DNA of 64,000 nt, taken from assembly GCA_963664535.1 (NCBI GenBank), contig OY761465.1:841350-905349 (forward strand), written 5' to 3'. The stretch's first letter is position 1, and every line of letters starts with the position of its first letter. The notes beneath the pieces were generated by a model. It had not been told where the DNA came from, did not search any database, and was given only the letters and a program-made list of their open reading frames with translations. The position numbers and the translations under genes were made by a program. Source of the DNA: Candidatus Binatia bacterium (GTDB taxonomy: Bacteria; Desulfobacterota; Binatia; UBA9968; JAJDTQ01). Below are positions 9,987 through 19,192 of this stretch, piece after piece.

Positions 9987-11086
9987 AGACCAATCGCCTG
10001 ATCGACGCCATGGGCGGCAAACAGTTCCTCCAAATCCTCGATCGCGAGCCCGACCAGAGCCGCCGCACGCCGAACCGAAACATGACCCTGGTCAATGGCC
10101 TTCGCCATCACCTCCACGAACGGCCGCGAGAACAAAGGCGGAGGCTCCGAGGAGTCCTCGCGGCCATTGTTCCGCAAGGCGGCGTCCGGAATTGCTCGCG
10201 CCTGTCTCTTGGTCAGCTCCCGGAGGGCGACCAAACGCCACCTGAGGGCCGACGAGGTCACACCCAATTCATCTGCCGTCGCGTTCAGTCGAGCGATCAA
10301 GTCACCCATGTCCAAGCGCCCCCAATCTCCAAAGGAGTCAAGCGCCGCCTTCGGCATCAGCACGGCGGCCGCGAAGTTGTTGGCCAGTTGTTCCACCCGA
10401 TTGCCGCCGAAATCGCTGGCTTCTTCCGTGTGCTCGGGCGGCATCGCTTCCCAGGTGAGGATGTGAAACAGCTCATGCGCAAGGTCGAAGTTGCGGCGCC
10501 CTGCCACTTCCCCTCGTGCGACCAGCACCGCGTCGAACTCAGGCAGGTGGCACGCCGCTCCGGAAATACCTCGGCAAGCGTCCACCATAAGCACGAGTAT
10601 CCCGAACTTGTCTTGCATCGCCGCCGCAAGACGTTGCGCCGGCACAACCCCGAGCTTGAACTCGGCAACAAACCGCTCGCCAGCATCCACCGCTTCCTCG
10701 AACCTCGACAGCTTGGTTAGCCCAAGGGCCTGTCGCATCAACGGCGCCCGTCGACCGACCTGCGCAGCCAGAACGCGGTACGCACCAATCCAGCGGCCAG
10801 CCGTCCGCTCATACTCGCCGAGTTCCGACCGTGTGACTCCCCTCTGTCGCCAGGAAAACAGCGCCTCCCCGTCCAACCGAAAGGGATCGGTGAAATAGTC
10901 GAGCGGCACACGCAGTTTCTCCACGGCGAGTAAGAGTTCTGCCGCAGTCACACGGCGTACGCCGGTCTCTATTGCCGACACGGTTTGCCGATCCTTGAAC
11001 CCGAACAAGCGCGCCATTTCATCCTGAGACAGAGCGCGCTCCTGTCTCAACGCCTTGAGCCGCGTACCGATGATCTGACGTGCCAC
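9983..11086 (-). CDS. fusion of an XRE-family HTH domain and an ImmA/IrrE (COG2856) Zn-metallopeptidase
   Basis: N-terminal HTH LKALRQERALSQDEMARLFGFKDRQTVSAIETG; HEXXH motif HELFHIL about 150 aa downstream. Confidence 0.8.
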   Translation of the reverse strand: MARQIIGTRLKALRQERALSQDEMARLFGFKDRQTVSAIETGVRRVTAAELLLAVEKLRVPLDYFTDPFRLDGEALFSWRQRGVTRSELGEYERTAGRWIGAYRVLAAQVGRRAPLMRQALGLTKLSRFEEAVDAGERFVAEFKLGVVPAQRLAAAMQDKFGILVLMVDACRGISGAACHLPEFDAVLVARGEVAGRRNFDLAHELFHILTWEAMPPEHTEEASDFGGNRVEQLANNFAAAVLMPKAALDSFGDWGRLDMGDLIARLNATADELGVTSSALRWRLVALRELTKRQARAIPDAALRNNGREDSSEPPPLFSRPFVEVMAKAIDQGHVSVRRAAALVGLAIEDLEELFAAHGVDQAIGL

Positions 11087-11204
11087 CGGGCCTCCTTTCT
11101 TCTAAGCTTGCCTTTTGGTAATTGCAAGAAATATACGCGAACGACGATTCGCGCGCAAGCCTTGGCCCAAGTTTAATTGGGTAACTGCCTCGGTTCAGGA
11201 TGAA

Positions 11205-11229
11205 AGGGGAGCGCCGAAGCGACTCCCCT
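11205..11229. terminator. GC-rich hairpin (AGGGGAG-N11-CTCCCCT) downstream of hemD; candidate terminator of the hemX-A-C-D transcript
   Basis: perfect 7-bp stem seen in the sequence; no clear U-tract. Confidence 0.25.
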
Positions 11230-11359
11230 TCGACGACGGCAGTACTGCACTCTACTTGGGCAAACTCTCCGGCGTGACCCGTCCGACACAGCCGCGACTA
11301 TCGGAACGCATGTTTAAGTAGCCGTGCGGTCCACTGGCAGGCGGGTTCGAAACCCGCCC

Positions 11360-12178
11360 CTACACATTCCTTCCGTGTTCATCCACGCCGGCCGTGCATT
11401 CTACCAGAGCCTGGATCAGGCCCGCCACGGTGTATTCCCGGGCCTCGACGTCCACCGTCAGGCCACGCTCGCGGGCGGCATTCGCGGTGATGGGGCCGAT
11501 GCAGGCCACCCGGGCCGCCGCCGGGACTCCCTCCCCGGCCTGTTCGAGCAGATCCATGAAAGCGCTCACCGTGCTTGGACTGGTGAACGTGACCCACTCC
11601 ACCTGCCCGAGGAGCCGCGCCAGCCGCCGGCCGCCATGCCGCACCGGTTCGTTCCGGTAGGCTTCCACCACCGTCACCGTCGCGCCCCACCGCCGCAGCG
11701 TCTCGGGAAGCACGTCCCGGGCTCCGGCTACCCGGGCGAGCAGGAAGCGGCGGCCCCGGACGCGCTCCGGGCCGAGGGCGGCGAGGATCCCTTCCGCGCG
11801 GAATTCTTCGGGCACCAGGGTCACCGAAAGGCCGTTGTCTTCCAGCAGGCGGGCGGTCTGCGGACCGATGGCCGCCACCCGAAGCCCCTCCAGCCTGTCG
11901 ACACATCCCAGCGCCTCGCAACGTTCCAGGAAGTGCCGGACGCCGTTGGCGCTGGTGAACACCAGCCAATCCTGTTCCGGGAGCCCGCGGACGGCCTCGT
12001 CCAGGGCGCCGGCGTCCCGAAGCGGCAGGATCTCCACCGTGGGAAAGACCACCGCCCGGGCGCCGAGGGCTTCGACGCCGCGGACGAAGGCGCCGGCCTG
12101 CTCGCGCGGACGGGTGATCAGGATCCGCTGTTCGGAGAGCGGAACGCCGCCGGAGTGCGCCACCGCCGTATCGCTCAT
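11360..12178 (-). CDS. hemD: uroporphyrinogen-III synthase
   Basis: ATG at 12178 preceded by GGGAGG and overlapping the hemC stop; ILITRPREQAGAF and duplicated HemD half-domains. Confidence 0.8.
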   Translation of the reverse strand: MSDTAVAHSGGVPLSEQRILITRPREQAGAFVRGVEALGARAVVFPTVEILPLRDAGALDEAVRGLPEQDWLVFTSANGVRHFLERCEALGCVDRLEGLRVAAIGPQTARLLEDNGLSVTLVPEEFRAEGILAALGPERVRGRRFLLARVAGARDVLPETLRRWGATVTVVEAYRNEPVRHGGRRLARLLGQVEWVTFTSPSTVSAFMDLLEQAGEGVPAAARVACIGPITANAARERGLTVDVEAREYTVAGLIQALVECTAGVDEHGRNV

Positions 12179-13086
12179 CCTCGTGCCTCCCTCAGCACCG
12201 CGCCGGCTCCCTCGTCCAGCAGCCTCTCGGCGAGTCGGGTGCCCAGCGCCGCCGCGTCCGCGCACGGACCCGAAATGTCACCGCGGAAGATCCGCCGGCC
12301 GGACGCCTCCGCCACCATCCCGGCAAGCGTGACCCCTTCCCGGTCCGCCACCGCCCGGGCCCCCGCCGGCACCTGACAGCCCCCTTCGAGGCGCCGCAGG
12401 AAGGCCCGCTCGGCCTCCACTTCCGACGCCGAAGGCTCGTGGTTCAGGAAACGCAACCGCTCCACCTCGTGGCGCCGGGTCTCCAGCCCCAGGGCTCCCT
12501 GGGCAACGGCGCTCAACATTGTGTCGGGAGGCAGCAACTCGGTGGCCTCGTCCTCCCGGCCCAGCCGCTTCAACCCCGCCAACGCCAGCACCAGGGCCTC
12601 CACCTCGCCGCGCTCGAGCTTGGCCATCCGCGTGTCCACGTTCCCCCGTATGGGCACCACATCGAGGTCCGGGCGGTGGTGCAGCACCTGGGCCTGCCTC
12701 CTGAGGCTGCCGGTGCCGACCCGGCCTCCGGCCGGGAGCCCGGCGAGGCTCCGGGCGACGCGACTGATCAACGCATCCCTGGGATCCTCGCGTTCCGGCA
12801 CGGCGGCGATGGCCAATCCTTCCGGGATCTCGGTGGGCAAATCCTTCATGGAGTGCACCGCCACGTCGATGCCGCCGTCCAGGAGCGCCTCCTCGATCTC
12901 CTTGATGAACACGCCCTTGTCCCCGATCTGCTCGATGGGCACGTTCCGGAAGCGGTCGCCGCTGGTGGTGATGGACACCACCTCCACCACGGCCTCCGGG
13001 TGACGTTCCCGGATACGGGCCCGGACCCATTCCGCCTGGGCGAGGGCCAGCCGGCTGCGCCGGGTGCCGATGCGGATCCTGTCCAT
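12175..13086 (-). CDS. hemC: hydroxymethylbilane synthase (porphobilinogen deaminase)
   Basis: starts at MDRIRIGTRRSRLALAQ, the canonical HemC N-terminus; cofactor-binding region EGGCQVP. Confidence 0.9.
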   Translation of the reverse strand: MDRIRIGTRRSRLALAQAEWVRARIRERHPEAVVEVVSITTSGDRFRNVPIEQIGDKGVFIKEIEEALLDGGIDVAVHSMKDLPTEIPEGLAIAAVPEREDPRDALISRVARSLAGLPAGGRVGTGSLRRQAQVLHHRPDLDVVPIRGNVDTRMAKLERGEVEALVLALAGLKRLGREDEATELLPPDTMLSAVAQGALGLETRRHEVERLRFLNHEPSASEVEAERAFLRRLEGGCQVPAGARAVADREGVTLAGMVAEASGRRIFRGDISGPCADAAALGTRLAERLLDEGAGAVLREARG

Positions 13087-13088
13087 GC

Positions 13089-14393
13089 TCACGGGTCGTC
13101 GCGCTCCGGCCCCGGCTCCTTGTCCAGATCGAACAGCACCCTTACAGTTTCGTGGTAGGCGGCATCCTCGTCGGGACGCTCCTTGAGCCGCGTGACGGGG
13201 ACGTGGAGGATCTTGTTGATCATGGCCGCGGTCAGGTCTTCGATGGCCTTGCGCTCCCGCTCGGAAACATCCTTGAGGTTCGACTCCAGGGATTTCCTGA
13301 GCTCCCCCTGCCGGATCTGCTCGAGCTTTCGCTTCAGCGCGACGATGGTGGGGACCTGATCCAGGGAGGCGAACCACCGATAGAACGTCTCCACCTCCTG
13401 GTCCACGATCAGCTCTCCCTTGTCCGCCTCGCTCTCCCTCCCCTTGAGGTTCTCCCGGGCCACGTCGGTGAGATCGTCGATGTGGTAGAGGTACACGTTG
13501 TCCAGGCCGTTGATGAGGGGGTCGAAGTTCCTGGGCACGCCGAGGTCGATGAGGAACATGCTGTCCTGCTTCCTCTCCCGCAGCACCTCGGCCGCGGTCT
13601 CACGCGTGATGAGCGCCTCCTCCGACTCCACCGAGCCGATCACCACGTCGGCCAGCTTGAGGTAGCGGGCATAGTCCTCGAAACGGATGGGGCTCGCCTC
13701 GAAGCGGTCCGCCAGCTCCACCGCCTTCTCGAAGGTGCGGTTGGTGATCATCAGGCCGCGGACGCCGTTTTCCACCAGATGCCGCACCAACGACTCGCCC
13801 ATGACCCCGGAACCGATGACCATCACCGTCTTTTCCTCGAGCCTGTCGAAGATCCGCTTGGCCAGGTCCACGGCCACGGACCCCACGGAAACGGGCCGGC
13901 TGGCGATGCCGGTTCCCTGCCGCACCCGTTTCGCCACGGAGAAGGAGCGGTGGAAGAGACGGTGCAGGATGCTGCCGACGGTGCCGGCCTCCTGCGCGAT
14001 GGAGTAGTACTCCTTGAGTTGCCCGAGAATCTGGGGCTCCCCCACCACCATGGAGTCCAGGCTCGAGGCCACCCGGAAAATGTGCCGCACCGCGCTCTTG
14101 CGGGCGTGTTGGTAGAGGTGGTCCTCGGCGGGGCCGATGCGGACGCCCGGCTGGTTCCTGAGAAAGTCCCCGATCTCGGCGAGGCCGGCGCCGCCGTCCC
14201 GGGCCACGGCCACCACCTCCACCCGGTTGCAGGTGGACAGGATCACGCCCTCGTCCACCGAAGGCAGGGCCACGAGATCGTGGAGCGAGCCGTTGAGGTG
14301 GTTGGAGGAGAAGGCGAGCTGCTCGCGGACCTCCACGGGCGCCGTCGTGTGGTTCAGGCCGACCACGAGGATCTGTCGTCCGGCCTCACTCAA
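13089..14393 (-). CDS. hemA: glutamyl-tRNA reductase
   Basis: catalytic motif LSTCNRVE; NADP-binding VIGSGVMGE; 434 aa. Confidence 0.92.
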   Translation of the reverse strand: MSEAGRQILVVGLNHTTAPVEVREQLAFSSNHLNGSLHDLVALPSVDEGVILSTCNRVEVVAVARDGGAGLAEIGDFLRNQPGVRIGPAEDHLYQHARKSAVRHIFRVASSLDSMVVGEPQILGQLKEYYSIAQEAGTVGSILHRLFHRSFSVAKRVRQGTGIASRPVSVGSVAVDLAKRIFDRLEEKTVMVIGSGVMGESLVRHLVENGVRGLMITNRTFEKAVELADRFEASPIRFEDYARYLKLADVVIGSVESEEALITRETAAEVLRERKQDSMFLIDLGVPRNFDPLINGLDNVYLYHIDDLTDVARENLKGRESEADKGELIVDQEVETFYRWFASLDQVPTIVALKRKLEQIRQGELRKSLESNLKDVSERERKAIEDLTAAMINKILHVPVTRLKERPDEDAAYHETVRVLFDLDKEPGPERDDP

Positions 14394-15207
14394 AGCGGCC
14401 TCCGTGACGGCTGAGGAAAAAGACGTCTCCCCAGAGGAAGTAGCCCAGGACGATCATGAAGCCCGCGATGGTCCACAGGGCCGCCTTCCTGCCGCGCCAA
14501 CCCGCGGTCAGGCGGCCATGGAGAAGGATGCCGTAGAGCAGCCAGGTCAGGCCGGAGGTGATCTGCCGCGGGTCCCAGGACCAGTAGGTGCCCCACTGGG
14601 CGTGCGCCCACACGCTGCCCGTGAGGATACCCAGAGTCATGAACGGGAAACCCCAGACCAGGAATACCTTGTTGAGGCGGTCCAGCGTCTCGAGGGCCGG
14701 CAGCGCTTGGCTCAGGCCGGTCATCCGCTTGTTCTTGAGCTGCCGCCGGAGCAGCAGATAGACCACGCTCACGGCGAACGCCAGCGCGAACACCGCGTTC
14801 CCCAGCAGCGCCAGGGTCACGTGCAGGGGCAACCAGTAGGTCAGCAGCGCCGGCGACGTCTCCAGACCGGGGTCCCCCAGCGCAATCGACCGCAGCGACA
14901 TGAGAAAAGCCAGCGGGGCAACGAAACAGCCCAGGATGGGCAGCCGGTACTTGAGCTGCACGGTGAGGTACACGCCCACCATCAGCCAGCCGTAGAAGGA
15001 CTGGGTGGCGGCGGTCTGGGCCAGCGCGGGGAAGCCGGCCTCGTGGAAGAGGAACGCGAACTTTATCGCATGGCCGACGAAGCCTGCCAGCAACAGGCCC
15101 TGGCCCAACCGGGAAAGGGTCTCCCGCGGGGAGAACAGATAGAGGATGAACGCGCCTGCCGCCAGAAGATAGAATCCGGCCGTGGCCTGGAGAAGGCTCT
15201 GGTACAT
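14386..15207 (-). CDS. hemX: CcsA/HemX-like cytochrome c assembly family membrane protein
   Basis: WWD-domain motif WGTYWSWDPRQ; 8 TM helices; lies directly upstream of hemA, as in hemAXCDBL-type operons. Confidence 0.75.
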   Translation of the reverse strand: MYQSLLQATAGFYLLAAGAFILYLFSPRETLSRLGQGLLLAGFVGHAIKFAFLFHEAGFPALAQTAATQSFYGWLMVGVYLTVQLKYRLPILGCFVAPLAFLMSLRSIALGDPGLETSPALLTYWLPLHVTLALLGNAVFALAFAVSVVYLLLRRQLKNKRMTGLSQALPALETLDRLNKVFLVWGFPFMTLGILTGSVWAHAQWGTYWSWDPRQITSGLTWLLYGILLHGRLTAGWRGRKAALWTIAGFMIVLGYFLWGDVFFLSRHGGRFE

Positions 15208-15302
15208 AACCTCCGGCCATTATATCGCATCGGGGATGCAAGCCCTAGTGTCGCGCCGGCGGGATATCGGGGGCTGGCGGGTTTCACACCCGCCCTGTCC
15301 GG

Positions 15303-16913
15303 TCAGGACCGGGTCGCGGGGATTCTGAGGCGCTGTCCGGCCCGGATCCGGTGCCGGTTGCGGATGGAGTTGGCGCGTTGGAGAGCCGCCAGCGACACCC
15401 TGTAACGGTCGGCGATGATGGAAAGGGTCTCGCCACGGCGTACCCGGTGGTAGATGCGCGGTTGGTCCACCACTTTCGCCGACACCCGGCTCGTGTACGA
15501 CCCGCCGGGAATCTCGAGCCGCTGTCCCACGCGCAAGCGCCGGACGCTCGCCAAGCGGTTCGTGGACTGGATCGCGCGCGCCGATGTGTTGTAAATCCGG
15601 GCAATTTCCCAAAGCGTGTCGCCGCGCCCCACCACGTGGTACGCGCCGTCCCCGGTGGCTTTCACCACCTTGACGGGACGTCGACCCGCCGGCGGGACGG
15701 CCGACGACTTGCCCGGAATCTCCAGCCGCTGCCCCACGCGCAGACGGTGGGCGCTCCTCAGGCCGTTGACGGACTGGATGGCATGTGTCGAGGTGCCGTA
15801 GACCTTGGCCAGCTCGGAGAGCGTGTCGCCTCGGCTCACCACGTGGTACGGGAACGACGCCATGGGGCCAATGCCCGACAACGCGCTACGGAACCTGTGC
15901 CCCTCCCGTTTCGGCGCCTTGAGCCGATAGCCCTTGGGCAGCCACGAAGCATGGCGGCTGAGAGCCGGATTCCACTTGAGCAGTTCCGCTCGGGAGACCC
16001 CGCTGTGGCGCAGCAGCGAGCGCACCGCCACGCTCCTGTGGAGGCTGATCTCGTCGAAATGCACCAGTTGATCGAACTCGACATGCGGCAGATGCCGCTC
16101 GACGTCGCGCATGACGTGCACGGCGGCGAGGAACTCCGCATAGAAATTCTTGGACGCGAACTTGAAGGTGCGGCTCCGATAGCGGCGGATGATGGTGACG
16201 ATGTCCCGGGTGCCCACCTGGCGCACCGCCCGCTGCATGCCGGCGCGGCCGTGGTTGTAGGCGGTCACGGCCAGCGGCCAGGTCCGGAGCTTCCGGTAGT
16301 TGTCCTGCAGCAGACGGGCCGCCGCACGGGTCGCTTCCATTGGATCCCTGCGTTCGTCCAGCGACCGCGTCACGCGCATGTAAATGCGTCCGGTGGCGGG
16401 CATGAACTGCCACATGCCCACGGCGCCGCGGAACGAGCGCGCGTCGTTCCGGAACGAGGACTCCACCAGCGGCAGATAGACCAGCTCCACCGGAAGGCCC
16501 CGGGCGGCGAAGATCTTGCGCATGTGTTCCATGTAGCGGCCGGACCGCCGCACGCCCGCGGCGAAACGCTCGCTGATCCCCCGCTGCACCTTGATCCGGT
16601 GCCACGGGATGCCGCGCCGGTTGAGCCGAGCGCGCACCGAACGCACCACCTGCCGCGTGCTGGCGCCCTTCCCGACCTTCACCACCTGATGGATCTTCGA
16701 CATGTTCCCGGGATCGAAGAACACCAGCTCGTTCGAGTCGTAATCGAGGAAGATGGCCTTCCAGAACTCGACGGCGGGCGCGAGGCCTGAAGGTATGGCG
16801 AACGGGTCCTTTTCGGTGGAAACGGGACCCCGCGCCGACGCGGGCGGGAGGTATGACAAACCGCTGAAAAGGAAAAACAGAAGACTCGCGAGGACGACGA
16901 AGCAGCGTGTCAT
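15303..16913 (-). CDS. membrane-bound lytic murein transglycosylase (MltD-like) with three C-terminal LysM repeats
   Basis: signal peptide; SLT catalytic motif ESSF; three LysM repeats (YHVVSRGDTLSELAKVYGTS / YHVVGRGDTLWEIARIYNTS / YHRVRRGETLSIIADRYRVS). Confidence 0.85.
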   Translation of the reverse strand: MTRCFVVLASLLFFLFSGLSYLPPASARGPVSTEKDPFAIPSGLAPAVEFWKAIFLDYDSNELVFFDPGNMSKIHQVVKVGKGASTRQVVRSVRARLNRRGIPWHRIKVQRGISERFAAGVRRSGRYMEHMRKIFAARGLPVELVYLPLVESSFRNDARSFRGAVGMWQFMPATGRIYMRVTRSLDERRDPMEATRAAARLLQDNYRKLRTWPLAVTAYNHGRAGMQRAVRQVGTRDIVTIIRRYRSRTFKFASKNFYAEFLAAVHVMRDVERHLPHVEFDQLVHFDEISLHRSVAVRSLLRHSGVSRAELLKWNPALSRHASWLPKGYRLKAPKREGHRFRSALSGIGPMASFPYHVVSRGDTLSELAKVYGTSTHAIQSVNGLRSAHRLRVGQRLEIPGKSSAVPPAGRRPVKVVKATGDGAYHVVGRGDTLWEIARIYNTSARAIQSTNRLASVRRLRVGQRLEIPGGSYTSRVSAKVVDQPRIYHRVRRGETLSIIADRYRVSLAALQRANSIRNRHRIRAGQRLRIPATRS

Positions 16914-17008
16914 GCAGAATCCCTTTAAAAGCATCGGCTTAGGGTACCCGGTGTGAACCTGTTTGTCAACTTTGGCTGCATCAAGGCCTGAAAGACGCCC
17001 GGGGAGGT

Positions 17009-18103
17009 TCACTCACCGTAAAATCTCCGGGCATTTTCCTCGAGAAGTCCGGCCTTCGCGGACTCCGGCACGTCGCTCCGCTGCCGGAGCAACGCAACGG
17101 TTCCCTCGGTGCGGTCCCCGTGGGGATAGTCGGACGAGTAAAGCAGCTTGTCCGCGCCGATTTCCTCGATGACCTTGCCCAGCCCAGGCTCGTTTCCTTC
17201 ACAGCCGAAGAAGATCCGGCCCGAGTCGAGCAGCTCTCCCGGCGTCCGCGAGATCACCTCCGCGGCCCGGTAGGTGGGGCTCTCGTAGTGCTCGTCCATG
17301 CGTTCCACGTACGACGCAACCCAGTTGCAACCCCCTTCCAGAAAGGCGAAGCGTATGCGCGGGTAACGGTCCATCAGGCCGGTGCACAGCACGCTCGTAA
17401 GACCGGCCATGATCGGGAACAACCCCGCCAGCACCCGGGTGGGGAAGAACTCGGTGAACAGGTCGCTCACCCCGGGAAACTCGTAGCTGAAGTGCACCGC
17501 GACGGGCAATGCCACGGCGTCGGCCGCGGCCAAGAAGACCTCGTGCTCGGGATGCGCCAGCGCACGCGCGCCCACGGTGCCGTTGACCATGACGGCGGAA
17601 AGGCCGGCCTCCCGGATGCGGGCGACTTCCCGGGCCGCTCCCTCGGGATCGGCGAGACACACGAGGCCCACGCCCTTCAACCGGTCCGGCGCCTCGCGGC
17701 AAACCTCGGCCAGCCAGGTGTTGTACGCGCGGCACACCTCGTTGCCCAACACGCCGTCGGCCCATGAATTGATGTGCAGGAGATAGCTCGGGTAGAGGTA
17801 CTGGACGTCGATGTTCTCCTTGTCCAGGTCCTCGAGTCGCTCGGCCACGCTGGAGAGCACCTGGCTCCCCACCGAGGCCCGGCGGCTCTTTCCGACCTTG
17901 CCGCCGGGGGGCGCCGCGGTCCCGGGATTGCGCGCTCCCGGTTGGCCCGGACGGCGGTAGCGGGTCGAGCCGTCGGCGACCCAGAAGCTGTGGCCCTCGT
18001 CGTCTGTGATGAGTCTCGGACGATACCTGCGAAAGGCCGGCGCCATGTACTTCTCGAACACGGCCTCGGTTTCGAACAGGTGACCGTCGGCGTCAATCAC
18101 CAT
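17009..18103 (-). CDS. amidohydrolase_2 family metal-dependent hydrolase
   Basis: N-terminal VIDADGH and C-terminal SDYPH metal ligands of the amidohydrolase-2 (ACMSD-like) family; paralogous to ORF 37267-38355. Confidence 0.75.
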   Translation of the reverse strand: MVIDADGHLFETEAVFEKYMAPAFRRYRPRLITDDEGHSFWVADGSTRYRRPGQPGARNPGTAAPPGGKVGKSRRASVGSQVLSSVAERLEDLDKENIDVQYLYPSYLLHINSWADGVLGNEVCRAYNTWLAEVCREAPDRLKGVGLVCLADPEGAAREVARIREAGLSAVMVNGTVGARALAHPEHEVFLAAADAVALPVAVHFSYEFPGVSDLFTEFFPTRVLAGLFPIMAGLTSVLCTGLMDRYPRIRFAFLEGGCNWVASYVERMDEHYESPTYRAAEVISRTPGELLDSGRIFFGCEGNEPGLGKVIEEIGADKLLYSSDYPHGDRTEGTVALLRQRSDVPESAKAGLLEENARRFYGE

Positions 18104-18194
18104 GGTCGGTTTCCGGATTCAAGGGGTGGGCGGTGGAGGGCCGCAGGGCGGGGATTTCGCCAAGGGAACCCCCGCCCTGCCTGACCTGTCCGGT

Positions 18195-18830
18195 CTATTC
18201 GAACTCGTAGGGTATTTGCGTCGGCCCGTATCCCTGCCAGTACTTGCAGGTCTCGGGGTCGTAGCGGCCCTGGAGGAAGCCGCCGGGCTTCTCGGCGCGC
18301 ACGATGATCGCCACGGTGCGATCCTCCCCGCTCTGCTCCGCGTGAATCTGCCACGGGCGCACCAAGTCGATCTTGCCGGGCTCCACCTGAGCGTTCTCGG
18401 TCTTGCGGACCTCGGCGTAGTCCGGCTTGGAGCCGTCGTCCAGCCGTTCGTAGCGCTCGATGGTCTCGCGGCCGTCCAGCACCCCGTACAGCGTCCAGTT
18501 GTGGGTGTGGTCGTGAATGCTGGTGCGGGTCCCCGGCGCCTTCACCAGCCCGTTGATGACGAATCCGTGGTCCGGATCCTCGTAGAGGAGGAGGTTCTGC
18601 GCCCGCTGGCCGCCCTCGGCCGCGGACAGCCCGCCCTGATCGCAGTCGGGCCACTGCTCGGACTGTGCCTTTACGCCGGGATCCGACAGCAACTCGCTCA
18701 GCAGCGATCCCATCTCCTGCCAGCGTTTGTCCACGTCCGGCTCGTCCGCGTGCAATTGCCGGATAGCCGCGATGAATCGCTTGGCGGCCGACGGCTCGTT
18801 TTCCTGGTTGGGCATGGGACGTGCGCTCAT
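18195..18830 (-). CDS. cysteine-dioxygenase-like cupin (CDO type I family)
   Basis: start at MSARPMP preceded by GGGAGGAG; metal-binding motif SIHDHTHNWTLYGVL. Confidence 0.65.
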   Translation of the reverse strand: MSARPMPNQENEPSAAKRFIAAIRQLHADEPDVDKRWQEMGSLLSELLSDPGVKAQSEQWPDCDQGGLSAAEGGQRAQNLLLYEDPDHGFVINGLVKAPGTRTSIHDHTHNWTLYGVLDGRETIERYERLDDGSKPDYAEVRKTENAQVEPGKIDLVRPWQIHAEQSGEDRTVAIIVRAEKPGGFLQGRYDPETCKYWQGYGPTQIPYEFE

Positions 18831-18960
18831 GGTGTCTCCTCCCTTTAGCTGTGACCGGTGGCCCAATCAGTCGAAAGTATCCGAGGAACAGATGTCGTGT
18901 CAACCTACACAGCGCGCTGATTTGGCTGGAAGTAGCCCTATTTGTGAGCTGGCGAGACGG

Positions 18961-19191
18961 TCAAGCCACCGCAACGAGCCGAATTACGTCTTCAAATTCG
19001 CGCACCGAACCGCCGCTTCGCCGTTCGTAACGGTCGACCTTAAAGTTCTGTGCAAGTATATCCGCGATTGCAAGCGCACAGTTGTCGTCGTCCACAAGCG
19101 GAAGCGCTTTGATTTCTCCAAGAGAAATCTCACCGCGATTAAGCAGCAGAGCAGCTGCAAGGCGTGCGGGGACCGCCGAATAGTTGAGCAT
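18961..19191 (-). CDS. small hypothetical protein (76 aa); second gene of the low-GC protease cassette
   Basis: ATG at 19191 preceded by GAGGAGG and separated by 1 nt from the upstream stop; ~50% GC against ~68% in flanks; no family recognised. Confidence 0.45.
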   Translation of the reverse strand: MLNYSAVPARLAAALLLNRGEISLGEIKALPLVDDDNCALAIADILAQNFKVDRYERRSGGSVREFEDVIRLVAVA

Positions 19192-19192
19192 T

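Noticed and set aside
11087-11340. Short inverted repeats (CTTGC-N12-GCAAG; CGCGAA-N6-TTCGCG) and a 68-aa ORF upstream of the XRE-ImmA gene
   Set aside because: These are plausible operator or promoter elements for the XRE-type regulator, but they are short and cannot be distinguished from chance by inspection. The 68-aa ORF has no coding signal.
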